From an uncultured Candidatus Saccharibacteria bacterium (GTDB lineage Bacteria > Patescibacteriota > Minisyncoccia > JACPXH01): 58,908 nucleotides of DNA. The notes below the pieces were generated by a model that saw only the letters and a program-made list of their open reading frames with translations, was not told the DNA's origin and made no database searches. Both the position numbers and the translations under genes were made by a program. Position 1 is the first letter of the stretch, and every line of letters begins with the position of its first letter. The stretch is from the NCBI GenBank assembly GCA_964409225.1, contig CAYPCM010000003.1, positions 1-58,908 on the forward strand, written 5' to 3'. Of the stretch, positions 27,211 to 36,637 are shown one piece after another.

Positions 27211-28080
27211 ATGAAAATGCTCATTACCGGAGGCACCGGGCTACTTGGCTCATGCCTCAAAAAGATATTCCCCACGGACGAGGTGTCCTTTACCTACCAT
27301 TCCCATCCGGTAGCGGGAGGCCACTGGCTTGATGTTTCTGATCGATCTGCCACGCTCTCCCTCATCTCCACCATGCAACCCGATATCACGATCCATACCG
27401 TTGCCGTCCCGAGCATGGATGTATGCGAAACGAACAAGTCTCTCGCGGAGCGGGTGAATATCGAGGGTACGCGGAACGTGATCGATGCCTGCCTTCGCGT
27501 TGGGAGCAAAATCGTCTATATCTCTACCCCCTGCGTGTTTGATGGAACGAAGGCTGTATTCACGGAAGACTCCCCCACCAACCCAATAAACTACTACGGC
27601 ATCACCAAACTCGAGGGAGAGAAAATCGTTGCGCGCTCGGGTCTGCCGTTCCTCATCATGAGAACCGATCAGCCGTACGGCTGGATCGAACCGTGGCAGA
27701 AAAAAAACTCTGTGGTGAGAGCCCTGGAGGTTTTGGACAAAGACGAGGAATTCAGAGAGGTGGTTGATTGGTACAACAACCCCACCTATGGAGAAGATTT
27801 TGCCGCCGCCGCAAAACAACTCATCGAAAAGAAGCGGGAAGGCATCTTCCACGTCGTAGGTCCCGACTACCTGAATCGGTACGAGTGGGCCCTCCGGATG
27901 GCAGAGGTGTTTGGGAAAGACGCAACGCTGATCAAACCAATCAACAGTCAAATGTTGCGCCTCAACGCAAAGAGAATAAACGCGAAGCTCAACACCGATA
28001 AGCTCGCGCGAGAAGGAATCAAGATGGCCGGCGTCTGGGAAGGGCTCCGGCGAATGAAGGCCGTACGGGAACGATCGTAG
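27211..28080 (+). CDS. dTDP-4-dehydrorhamnose reductase (RmlD/RfbD)-family SDR
   Basis: GGTGLLG, YIST..VFDG, PINYYGITKL.GE and NPTY..D.A motifs. Confidence 0.88.
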   Translation: MKMLITGGTGLLGSCLKKIFPTDEVSFTYHSHPVAGGHWLDVSDRSATLSLISTMQPDITIHTVAVPSMDVCETNKSLAERVNIEGTRNVIDACLRVGSKIVYISTPCVFDGTKAVFTEDSPTNPINYYGITKLEGEKIVARSGLPFLIMRTDQPYGWIEPWQKKNSVVRALEVLDKDEEFREVVDWYNNPTYGEDFAAAAKQLIEKKREGIFHVVGPDYLNRYEWALRMAEVFGKDATLIKPINSQMLRLNAKRINAKLNTDKLAREGIKMAGVWEGLRRMKAVRERS

Positions 28081-28086
28081 GCCGGC

Positions 28087-28536
28087 TTAGCGGTGTTTGA
28101 CTTCCCAATCGTAGGGAATCCGGGGATCAAAGGGGTCCATCCGCTCCATCTCTCCGTCTCGATGGGGTTCGGTCGCACAGTTAGCGAGGATTGCCGGCTG
28201 CGTGCCCATACCCTTGTGTCCGTTCACGACCCCGGGAGGAATTTTCACGAGGACATAGTTGTCGTCGCCGATGAATAGTTCCACAAGCTCACCGTGGGTT
28301 GTTGACGCCTCGCGGGCATCGTACAACACGAGCTTGATCATGCCGTGCACTACCGCATAGTTGAGTGTCGTCGTCCGATGGATGTGCCACCCCTTAATCA
28401 CTCCAGGATATATCTTGGAAAAATACACCTCCCCGAATTTCTCAAAATGGGGGGCATCGCTGCGAATCATATGCATAATAGTCCCTCGCTCATCGGGGAT
28501 TTTACGCAACGGTACTACTTCGACGCCGTCGATCAT
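28087..28536 (-). CDS. RmlC-like NDP-4-keto-6-deoxyhexose 3,5-epimerase (cupin)
   Basis: DERG, GVIKGWHIH and IPPGVVNG motifs. Confidence 0.85.
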   Translation of the reverse strand: MIDGVEVVPLRKIPDERGTIMHMIRSDAPHFEKFGEVYFSKIYPGVIKGWHIHRTTTLNYAVVHGMIKLVLYDAREASTTHGELVELFIGDDNYVLVKIPPGVVNGHKGMGTQPAILANCATEPHRDGEMERMDPFDPRIPYDWEVKHR

Positions 28537-28543
28537 ATTCTGT

Positions 28544-29557
28544 TCAAACTAATCGCAGTTGGGAATCGACCCTCTGCTCCGCGATGGCCTTCTTGAGGAA
28601 CGCAATGTTATGGAAGACGTCTTTCTCGAAATCGCCGGGGGAATACGGAAGTGAAGTGAGGAACCCGACAATTTCCCGGATCGACTTTTCTATCGTCATC
28701 TCTGGCTGGAAAGTTCCGAGTGTTTGGATCTTTAAAAAACTAACTCGGTAGGAACGCGGATCTCGCTGGGGATCCTTGGAGAACTCAATGTGCGCTCCGA
28801 GGACCGATTCGATCTGTGTTGCAATATCGATAACCCTAACATTCCCTGCATCCCAACCCACATTAAATACCTTTCCATGCACCTTTTCAGTTGGCTCGTG
28901 TAAGAGCACGAAGAACGCTTGCGCGATATCCCGAATGTGCACGAAGGGCCTCCAGGCGGTCCCGTCCGAGAGGATTTTTACCGTTCCGAATGCAAGCGCG
29001 TGTGCCACCATGTTGTTGATCGCGAGGTCGAACCGCATCCGCGGAGAAGCCCCATGCGCGGTCCCATTCCGGAGAATAACCGGGCAGAAGCGTTCATCGA
29101 CCAGACCGAGCAAGGCCTGTTCGGCAAGCACCTTAGACTTTGCATACTCCGAAACCGGCTCGGGTGCCGATGCTTCGTCCATGAGCTCGTCGCCGCGCGA
29201 CCCGTACACCGAACAGGACGAGGAGAACAGAAACCTTCCCACCCCCGCCGCTTTCGCGAGCACGGCCAACCGCTGGGTGGCAAGGAAGTTGATCTCCTGT
29301 GTCCAAGAGGAGTTCAACTCACCGGTTGGATCGTTCGAGAGCGCGGCCAGGTGGATGAGGGCGTCATGCCCGCGCAGGTCTTCTTCGGTCACATCCCGGA
29401 TGTCTTTGTAGAGTTGCCGCGCGGGCGGTTGGCGGAGTGGCCCAACCGAAGGGTAAAACCCGGTATCAATTCCCGTTACCGTAATGCCGCGTTCCGCCAG
29501 GAACGGCGCGAGCACGCTCCCGATGTAGCCGAGGTTTCCGGTAACGACAACCCTCAT
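28544..29557 (-). CDS. NAD-dependent epimerase/dehydratase (extended SDR)
   Basis: GNLGYIG, HLAALSNDP, SSCSVYG and YAKSK motifs; ATGA overlap with rfbF. Confidence 0.9.
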   Translation of the reverse strand: MRVVVTGNLGYIGSVLAPFLAERGITVTGIDTGFYPSVGPLRQPPARQLYKDIRDVTEEDLRGHDALIHLAALSNDPTGELNSSWTQEINFLATQRLAVLAKAAGVGRFLFSSSCSVYGSRGDELMDEASAPEPVSEYAKSKVLAEQALLGLVDERFCPVILRNGTAHGASPRMRFDLAINNMVAHALAFGTVKILSDGTAWRPFVHIRDIAQAFFVLLHEPTEKVHGKVFNVGWDAGNVRVIDIATQIESVLGAHIEFSKDPQRDPRSYRVSFLKIQTLGTFQPEMTIEKSIREIVGFLTSLPYSPGDFEKDVFHNIAFLKKAIAEQRVDSQLRLV

Positions 29558-30333
29558 ACTTTCCATATTTTCCAAGGGTGGTTGCCCGAACCCCACATGG
29601 CATTCAAATCCTCATAATCCCGTAACGTGTCCATGGAATGGAAAAACCCTTCATGGGGAAACATCATCAGCTGCCTGTCCTGAGCCAGTCGTACCAACGC
29701 ATCTTCAATGGTGTCCCCGGGCTTGAGATACTGAAATATTGCTGCCTCGAACACCATGAATCCGATATTGATGTAATTCGGGAGTCTCGGCTTCTGGGCG
29801 AATGCAGTAACCACCCCTCCCCCCCCCACCTCCAAAAGCCCGTATTTGTGGTGCCCGTGCCCTCCGGTGACGGTCGCGATCTTCCCCTGTTTCAAGTGGA
29901 ATTTCAGGAGCTCCGCAATGTTAACATCGGCAAGCCCATCCGCGTACGTCGCCATGAACCGCTGCTCGCCCTTGAGAAGATTTCGTACCCGAAGCAGCCG
30001 CTCACCGGTCTCGGCCTCCAAACCCGTATCAGCAAAACTGATCGTCCAATCGTCCACGTTATCGCTATGCGTCTTGATAGCGCCGGATTTGAGACTAAAG
30101 GTATAGTCATTCAACAAGTAGCGGTAGTTCGCGAAGTAGTGCTTGACGGTCTCCCCTTTATATCCCAGGGTAAGAATGAACTCCCGCAATCCAAACTTCC
30201 CGTACATTTTCATGATGTGCCAAAGAATTGGCTTTCCGCCAATGGGAACCATGGGCTTCGCGGTGAATTCTGTCATCTCCTTCAGCCGCGTTCCTTTCCC
30301 GCCGCAGAAGATGACTACCATGATGTCTCGCAT
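29554..30333 (-). CDS. rfbF: Glucose-1-phosphate cytidylyltransferase
   Basis: CGGKGTRLKE, KPMVPIGGKPILWHIMK, DTGL...TG.RL, TYADG and FHSMDTLRD motifs. Confidence 0.85.
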   Translation of the reverse strand: MRDIMVVIFCGGKGTRLKEMTEFTAKPMVPIGGKPILWHIMKMYGKFGLREFILTLGYKGETVKHYFANYRYLLNDYTFSLKSGAIKTHSDNVDDWTISFADTGLEAETGERLLRVRNLLKGEQRFMATYADGLADVNIAELLKFHLKQGKIATVTGGHGHHKYGLLEVGGGGVVTAFAQKPRLPNYINIGFMVFEAAIFQYLKPGDTIEDALVRLAQDRQLMMFPHEGFFHSMDTLRDYEDLNAMWGSGNHPWKIWKV

Positions 30334-30399
30334 ACGCCTAACTCGACGGTAACCCAACGAACGACCGAAATCAATATGGCCAGTGCGTGCTCCGTGATT

Positions 30400-31098
30400 T
30401 CAGCTCAGAAACAACGAATCTTTCCAGAATGCAAGGAGTTGCCTGAACATGAGGCCGGCCGTTGCAAAAGTAACATGTGATTTCCCACCCACCCGCCGCT
30501 GGTAGGGGATGGCAACGTGAACGATTCGCATGCCTCGTCGCCTCGCTTTCGTCAAAATCTCAATGTTGATCGCGAAGTTTGTTGACTGAATATCGAGAGC
30601 GTCGAAATCTTCCCGCGCAAGAACAAGCGGATGGCCATTGACGTCAGGAATCCACACGGAGAAGAGCGCGCTCGCCAGGAGACTGTAGCCGTAGCCCGTA
30701 AATTTCCGGAGGATGTTCTCCCGAGATATCCGTTTTGCCTTACACACCGCGTGCGGGTTTTTCCTTGCAGTATCAAAGATCTGTATCAGATACTCAGGGA
30801 GTACTTGGCCGCCCGCGGTGGTGAATCCGACATACTCCCCCCGGGCTATGCGCATCCCTGCGAGCACCCCTCCCCCCAACCCCGCATTCTCTCTGAGCGA
30901 AACTGTCCTTACCCGCGGGTTGTGCGCACATGATGCAAGAATCATTCCAGTGCGATCCCGGGAACCGTTATCCACGAGAATAAGTTCAGCATCCACCTCC
31001 TCCCCATCGCAGTAATCGAGGATTCTTTGGATAACAAAGGCGGCTTGGCGTTCTTCGTTATAGAAAGGGATAACAATTGAGTAGAGCGGTCGCCCCAT
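30400..31098 (-). CDS. GT2 glycosyltransferase (DPM1-like, soluble)
   Basis: VIPFYNEE, VDNGSRD, N.GLGG and EIL.KA motifs. The usual DxD reads TAGGQ. Start at MGRPL (31098). Confidence 0.8.
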   Translation of the reverse strand: MGRPLYSIVIPFYNEERQAAFVIQRILDYCDGEEVDAELILVDNGSRDRTGMILASCAHNPRVRTVSLRENAGLGGGVLAGMRIARGEYVGFTTAGGQVLPEYLIQIFDTARKNPHAVCKAKRISRENILRKFTGYGYSLLASALFSVWIPDVNGHPLVLAREDFDALDIQSTNFAINIEILTKARRRGMRIVHVAIPYQRRVGGKSHVTFATAGLMFRQLLAFWKDSLFLS

Positions 31099-31189
31099 AT
31101 CTCGATGCCCCATAGACGCTGAGCAACTCAAACAGGAAATCTTCGACAAAGTTCGAACGTATAATACCCTTACCCAGAAAGGGTTGTCC

Positions 31190-31651
31190 ACTGAACGCAT
31201 CCCCGCCTCGGGGAAGGTTTACGACGCGGAAGAACTCCTGAACCTGGTTGATACCTCACTCAAGTGATTCTGGACAGATGGCGAGGCGACGTCGCTCTTT
31301 GAAGCACGACTCGCCAAGTTCCTCGGGGTGCAGTACGCAGCCACCACGAACTCGGGTTCGTCCGCAAACCTTGTTGCCCTCTCCGCTTTCACTTCCCCGA
31401 TGCTCCCAGAAAAAAACGGCTACGCCCGGGAGATGAAGTAATAACAGTCGCCGCCGGGTTCCCAACCACCACCAAACAACCCTACTTTGTAAGCCATAAA
31501 TTCGCCTACCGGCTTACCTGGAACTTGGGAAACACCGACTTCATCATGCATAACGCCTTTTGGATCGGCGTGTATTCGGCCATGAAGGAACAACACATCG
31601 AAATACATCGGTTCGATATTCGACAGGTTCTTCAGAGAGAAAAAGCGGTAA
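31190..31651 (+). pseudogene. rfbH: rfbH/ddhC (CDP-4-keto-6-deoxyglucose 3-dehydrase E1) remnant with internal deletion, nonsense codon and two frameshifts
   Basis: RIPASGKVYDAEEL..LV..SL*FW...FE..LAKFLG....TNSGSSANL.AL..TSP.L...RLRPGDEVITVAAGFPTT is joined directly to KQPY.....YR....L.NTD.IM...FWIGVY......I.YI...F..FF. TGA at 31265; frameshifts at the A7 run (31410-16) and at 31601-03. Confidence 0.85.
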
Positions 31652-31680
31652 GCGGCAAACCCCCGAATATCGGGGTGGGA

Positions 31681-31702
31681 GCTGGACGACCAGCCACTTT
31701 TT
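31681..31702 (+). terminator. Possible weak terminator after the rfbH remnant
   Basis: GCTGG-acga-CCAGC followed by cacTTTTTc. Confidence 0.3.
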
Positions 31703-31814
31703 CTATTCTCAGAGCCCTTCCCATCGGGAAAGCGTTTGTGGTATAGGTAGAAGCGCCCTACGGCCCGCAACCTTGCAAGGGCCTCGGTTTCTCGCTAGCT
31801 TTTACTCATTCCCT

Positions 31815-33038
31815 ATGCGTAACAGATTTCGGCCGGGCGTTGACAGGGTACTCTACACCCAAGCCGTCTACGGCAAAGAAGAAATCAATGCCGTCGTGCA
31901 GTGCCTGAAAGACGGCTGGCTTGGCCCGGGCAAGTACACCGCCGAATTCGAAGGGCGCGTGGCAAAACTCTTTGGCAAAAAGTACGGCCTCTTTGTGAAT
32001 TCTGGCTCTTCGGCCAACTACATTGCCCTGGAAATCGCCAAACTCCCCAAAGGATCAGAGATCATCGCCCAGGCCTGTACGTTCCCCACGACCTTAAACC
32101 CCATCATCCAACATGGGTACGTACCTGTATTCGTGGATTCGCGAGTTGGCAACTACAATATTGACATCCGCAAGCTTGAACGCGCCATCGGCCCCAGAAC
32201 CAAGGCCATTTTCATCTCGCACACCATCGGCAACATCAATGACATGGCGCGGATTCGGAAAATCTGCGATCAGCATAAGCTGCTTTTCATCGAAGACGCG
32301 TGCGATACCATCGCGAGTAAGTTTCGGGGCGAGCCCACCGGCCGCTGGTCGGATATCGTAACGACCAGCTTCTACGCCGCGCACAACATGACAGCGGGTG
32401 GCGGAGGTGGGATGGTCATGACCGATGATAAAGAGCTTATCCGGGAAGCCAAGATCTGCCGCGACTGGGGCCGGGCGCTCCCTGAAAACGAAGACGAAAA
32501 CATTGAGGAACGTTTCAGCTTCAAGGTGGGCGGCCGCGACTTCGACGGAAAATTCACACACGTCAAGATCGCCCACAACTTCAAACCCGTTGAGATGCAG
32601 GCCGCCTTCGGCCTGGCGCAGCTCAAAAAGCTGCCGCGCTTTAACCGCATCCGGGCACACAACTTCAAAAAACTCTACAACTTCTTCAAACGCTACGAGC
32701 ACCACTTCATCCTGCCCCAAATACACCCTGAGGCCGAAAGCTACCTCATCGCTTTCCCGCTTACGATCCGCAAAGCATCTCCCATCAAACGCAAAGACCT
32801 GCTCACGTATCTCGAAAAAAATCATATCCAGACCAGACTCCTCTTTACCGGTAACATCCTTCACCAACCGGCCTACCATAAAATCCGGCATCGCTTGGGC
32901 AGCTCGCTGAACAATGCCGACTATATCATGGACCGTTCCTTCCTCGTCGGCACACACCACGGGTTGACCGATGCGCACGTACAGTACATGATGCACACGT
33001 TTGAACGTTACCTGAATGCCCTACCCCAATCAGCATGA
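31815..33038 (+). CDS. DegT/DnrJ-fold PLP/PMP enzyme, RfbH/ColD-like 3-dehydrase (His at the Schiff-base Lys position)
   Basis: NSGSSAN, TFPTT.NP, IEDACD, SFYAAHNMT, RDWGR and TRLLFTGN motifs. Start at MRNRF (31815). Confidence 0.85.
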   Translation: MRNRFRPGVDRVLYTQAVYGKEEINAVVQCLKDGWLGPGKYTAEFEGRVAKLFGKKYGLFVNSGSSANYIALEIAKLPKGSEIIAQACTFPTTLNPIIQHGYVPVFVDSRVGNYNIDIRKLERAIGPRTKAIFISHTIGNINDMARIRKICDQHKLLFIEDACDTIASKFRGEPTGRWSDIVTTSFYAAHNMTAGGGGGMVMTDDKELIREAKICRDWGRALPENEDENIEERFSFKVGGRDFDGKFTHVKIAHNFKPVEMQAAFGLAQLKKLPRFNRIRAHNFKKLYNFFKRYEHHFILPQIHPEAESYLIAFPLTIRKASPIKRKDLLTYLEKNHIQTRLLFTGNILHQPAYHKIRHRLGSSLNNADYIMDRSFLVGTHHGLTDAHVQYMMHTFERYLNALPQSA

Positions 33039-34864
33039 AGCTGACTGACTACCTCGCCCAATTCCTCACGGCACAAAAGATCAAACACGTATTCCTCGTC
33101 ACCGGCGGGGCCTGCGCTCATATTATTGACTCGCTCGGAAAACACCCACGCATCGGGTACGTCTGCACCCAGCACGAGCAGGCTGCCGCAATGGCCGCCG
33201 AGGCCTACAGCCGCGTCACTAAAAACCTCGGGGCGGCGGTCGCCACTTCTGGCCCCGGGGCGACAAACCTGATAACCGGCATCTGCTGCGCGTGGTTTGA
33301 TTCGATCCCGACACTCTTCATCACCGGCCAAGTCAATACCCATGAAACCAAGGGGAAGCGCAAAATCCGGCAGCTGGGCTTCCAAGAAACCGACATCGTG
33401 GACATTGTGCGTCCCATCACCAAGTTCGCCCAGCTCATCACCGATCCAAGCCAGATTAGGTACGTCCTGGAGAAAGCCGTATATCTCGCGCGCTCTGGCC
33501 GGCCGGGCCCGGTACTCATCGACATCCCCCTGAACGTACAGCACGCAGAGATCAATCCCGCGAAACTCAAACGGTTCAGTCCCCGCGAGATCGAACAACC
33601 CAGAAACGTGCGCCGCCTGCGCGTCCAAGCGGCTAAAGCCATCCAACTGCTCGGGAAGGCATCTCGACCGATTATCTTGGCGGGCGGGGGCATCAAACTC
33701 GGCCGGGCCGAAGGGCTCTTCCGGAACCTGATTGACAAGATCAAAATCCCGGTGGTCGCCTCTTGGAGCGGTATTGACGTCCTAGCGCACACGCATCCCG
33801 CCTACGTGGGGCAGATTGGCGTCTACGGCGGGCGAGCGGCAAACTTTGCCATTCAAAATTCGGATCTACTCCTCGCCATCGGCTCGCGTCTGGACACCCG
33901 CCAGACCGGCGGCCAGCCCCAAACCTTTGCCCGAGAAGCGACTAAAGTCGTCGTGGACATTGATCGGGCAGAACTGACCAAAAACTGGGTGAAACCCGAC
34001 CTCGCCATCGAGGCCGACGCCAATGATTTCATTGCCGAATTGCTCCGTGAGCTACCCCGGTTGAAGCGCCCCGACATCACCCCGTGGGTGAAGCGCTGCC
34101 GCACCTGGAAGCAACGGTACCCGGCGGTGCTGCCCGCGTGGCACCAGCAGCAAGGCTCGGTCAACTCGTACGTGTTCATAAAGACCCTCGCGGAAGAGCT
34201 CAAATCTTCGGACGTCATCATCACTGACATTGGCGGAGTTTCAACCTGGACGCTCCAGGCCTTTACCGTCAAGCCCAAGCAGATGCTATTTTCGGCCATG
34301 GGCCACGGCCCCATGGGCTATGCGTTGCCAGCCTCGATCGGGGCGTGGTTCGCGGCGCCGCGCCGGCGCATCGTCTGCATTGCCGGCGACGGCGGATTCC
34401 AGTTGAATCTCCAGGAACTTCAGACGGTCGCGAAATACCGAGTGCCGGTGAAAATATTCATCCTTAACAACGCGAGTTACGGCATCATTAAACAATTCCA
34501 AGAGACCTACTTTGGGGGTCGCTACGAAGCCACCTCGAAACGGTACGGCTATAGCTGTCCGGATTTTGTGAAAGTGGCGAAGGCCTATGGGCTTACGTCT
34601 GAACGGATCCGGAACCACGACGAAATGCGAACAAAAATCAGCAGGGTGTTACACGCCAAGGGGCCGGCGCTGTGCGATGTACAGATTGCCCAAGACCAGA
34701 AACTAATCCCGAAACTCATCGCCCACCGCACCAAAGACGGCCGCTACATCTCGAAACCCATTGAAGACCAGACCCCATTTCTTCCACGCAAAGAATTCCT
34801 TGCCAACATGATCGTTAAACCGGTCGATGAAACACCCGCGCCCAAGGCCTCCGAAATCCACTAA
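33035..34864 (+). CDS. ThDP-dependent enzyme, acetolactate synthase/YerE-like
   Basis: HEQAAAMAAE, TSGPGATN and GDGGFQ.N.QE...NN motifs; ATGA-coupled to the upstream gene. Confidence 0.9.
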   Translation: MKLTDYLAQFLTAQKIKHVFLVTGGACAHIIDSLGKHPRIGYVCTQHEQAAAMAAEAYSRVTKNLGAAVATSGPGATNLITGICCAWFDSIPTLFITGQVNTHETKGKRKIRQLGFQETDIVDIVRPITKFAQLITDPSQIRYVLEKAVYLARSGRPGPVLIDIPLNVQHAEINPAKLKRFSPREIEQPRNVRRLRVQAAKAIQLLGKASRPIILAGGGIKLGRAEGLFRNLIDKIKIPVVASWSGIDVLAHTHPAYVGQIGVYGGRAANFAIQNSDLLLAIGSRLDTRQTGGQPQTFAREATKVVVDIDRAELTKNWVKPDLAIEADANDFIAELLRELPRLKRPDITPWVKRCRTWKQRYPAVLPAWHQQQGSVNSYVFIKTLAEELKSSDVIITDIGGVSTWTLQAFTVKPKQMLFSAMGHGPMGYALPASIGAWFAAPRRRIVCIAGDGGFQLNLQELQTVAKYRVPVKIFILNNASYGIIKQFQETYFGGRYEATSKRYGYSCPDFVKVAKAYGLTSERIRNHDEMRTKISRVLHAKGPALCDVQIAQDQKLIPKLIAHRTKDGRYISKPIEDQTPFLPRKEFLANMIVKPVDETPAPKASEIH

Positions 34865-35825
34865 CCCCGATACCGATCGGGTGCTGATAACGGGTGCGAC
34901 GGGGTTTGTCGGCGCAAACCTGGCCCGCGCGCTCGTTCAACAGGGCCGGCAGGTCGCCGTCATCACGAGGCAAAACTCTAATCCTTGGCGGCTCGCCGAG
35001 GTGCAGGGTTCGCTCGAACAGCACGTGGCCGACCTCGCCGACGCGCCCGCGCTTCGGCAGATCGTCCAGAAGGTTCAACCCACCGTCATCTTTCATGCGG
35101 CGGCGGCTTCGGTCTACGGCGATCAAGTGCCTGCCACTGAATCGGAGATGGTCCGGAGTAATCTCATCGGCACCATGAACCTCATCCGCGCGTGCGCCGA
35201 CATCAACTACCGCTGTTTTGTGAACACCGGCAGCTCCTCGGAGTACGGTCCGAAAACCGAACCGATGGTCGAAACCGATCTAGCCGCACCCCGCGACATC
35301 TACGGCGTTACCAAGTGCGCGGCCACCCACTTCGCCGCGGCCGTCGCACGCCAAGAGCACAAACCCATTTTGACTCTTCGACTCTTCTCGCCATTCGGCC
35401 CCTATGACGACCCCCGGCGGCTGATTCCAACCGCTATAGTAGCCGCGCTCACAAGCCGCGATATCAAACTTGCGCGTCCGGAGATTGGCCGCGATTACGT
35501 TTTCATTGATGACGTGGTGGCCGCATATTTGGCTGCGGTCGAGCGCGCCCGGGAAAACGAAGGGGAAATTATTAACATCGGCTCTGGCCGGCAGACGACA
35601 CTCGAAGAAACCGTCGCCACCCTCTTCACGCTCGTGAAGTCGCCCGGCCGGGCGCTGTGGGGCGCGGCCCCGGGCTCGCCCCAGGATAACCCCCTCTGGC
35701 AGGCCGATATAGAGAAAGCCCGCGAGCGCCTGGGTTGGCAACCCCGGGTGGCGTTCCGGGAGGGCTTGCGCCAGACAGTAGAGTGGTTTCGCGAACACCT
35801 CGATCGCTACGCTTTTTCGCCATGA
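34827..35825 (+). CDS. NAD-dependent epimerase/reductase (extended SDR)
   Basis: GATGFVG, GSSSEYG and YGVTK motifs. Alternative GTG start at 34881. Confidence 0.9.
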   Translation: MKHPRPRPPKSTNPDTDRVLITGATGFVGANLARALVQQGRQVAVITRQNSNPWRLAEVQGSLEQHVADLADAPALRQIVQKVQPTVIFHAAAASVYGDQVPATESEMVRSNLIGTMNLIRACADINYRCFVNTGSSSEYGPKTEPMVETDLAAPRDIYGVTKCAATHFAAAVARQEHKPILTLRLFSPFGPYDDPRRLIPTAIVAALTSRDIKLARPEIGRDYVFIDDVVAAYLAAVERARENEGEIINIGSGRQTTLEETVATLFTLVKSPGRALWGAAPGSPQDNPLWQADIEKARERLGWQPRVAFREGLRQTVEWFREHLDRYAFSP

Positions 35826-36637
35826 CTCCCGCCCGGCTCAAAACACTTGAGCACCACGCTCGAAACATCCGACGGCAAACCCTCACCATGACGAGCCGGG
35901 TCAAGGCGGCGCACACGGGCGGGTCGCTGTCGGTAGCTGATATCCTGACGGTACTCTACTTTCAGATCCTCCGCCTGAATCCGAAACGGCCGCACGACCC
36001 AAGCCGCGACCGGCTGCTCTTCAGCAAGGGGCACGCCGCCGCAGCGCTCTACGCCACACTTGCCGAGCGCGGCTTTTTCTCGCCAAAAATGCTCGATGGT
36101 TTCTACCGCAACGGCACGCTGCTCACCGGGCACCCCACGCGTAACTGTCTCCCCGGGGTCGAAGTCACTTCTGGTTCGCTCGGACACGGTTTGGCTATGG
36201 GTGCGGGGCTGGCCTGGGCCGCGAAACTCGACCGTAAGCCCTACCGCACCTTCGCCATCTTGAGCGACGGGGAATGTGACGAGGGTTCAGTGTGGGAGGC
36301 GATACTCGCTGCCGGCCATCGCCGACTCGATAACCTCATCGCCATTATCGACTACAACAAGCTCCAGAGCTTCGGCACCACCAAAGAAGTGCTGGATTTG
36401 GAACCGTTCAAAGCGAAATGGGCTGCTTTTCGATGGACAGTGCGCGAGGTTGACGGACACGACCTGACCGCGCTTACTACGCTCTTGAGTCGCGTTCCAT
36501 TCCGGAAAGGCAGACCGAGTGCGATCATCGCGCATACGATCAAGGGCAAGGGAGTGTCATTTTATGAAAACACCCTCAAATCCCACTACCAGCCGCTCGA
36601 CGAGCAGCAACTCGCCGACGTACTCGCCACCCTATGA
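35822..36637 (+). CDS. Transketolase-like N-terminal subunit (second copy, glycan locus)
   Basis: HTGGSLS, SKGHA, GHP, GSLGHGL, SDGECDEG and HTIKGKG motifs; ATGA overlap fixes the start at 35822. Confidence 0.9.
   Translation: MTPARLKTLEHHARNIRRQTLTMTSRVKAAHTGGSLSVADILTVLYFQILRLNPKRPHDPSRDRLLFSKGHAAAALYATLAERGFFSPKMLDGFYRNGTLLTGHPTRNCLPGVEVTSGSLGHGLAMGAGLAWAAKLDRKPYRTFAILSDGECDEGSVWEAILAAGHRRLDNLIAIIDYNKLQSFGTTKEVLDLEPFKAKWAAFRWTVREVDGHDLTALTTLLSRVPFRKGRPSAIIAHTIKGKGVSFYENTLKSHYQPLDEQQLADVLATL

Noticed and set aside
31265-31267. TGA read as Gly/Trp (genetic code 25 or 4) in the rfbH remnant
   Set aside because: TGA is clearly a stop in many ATGA/GTGA-coupled genes here (136, 8568, 19077, 29554, 35823, 37558, 48814), and the remnant also has frameshifts and a deletion.
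31560-31814. N-terminal extensions in the ORF track (also at 9890, 12144, 16196, 17103, 30400, 35735, 37482, 43404, 49671)
   Set aside because: The extensions are non-homologous or overlap neighbouring genes. Downstream starts fit family N-termini and NTGA coupling.
31747-31814. ops/JUMPstart-like antitermination leader before the RfbH-like gene
   Set aside because: A hairpin (GGCCC…GGGCC) is present, but the GGCGGTAG ops core is absent and there is no NusG paralogue in the window.
33035-34864. Branched-chain amino-acid biosynthesis (ilvB)
   Set aside because: There is no ilvN/ilvC/ilvD nearby, and the gene is coupled to NDP-sugar genes, so a YerE-like role is preferred, though unproven.
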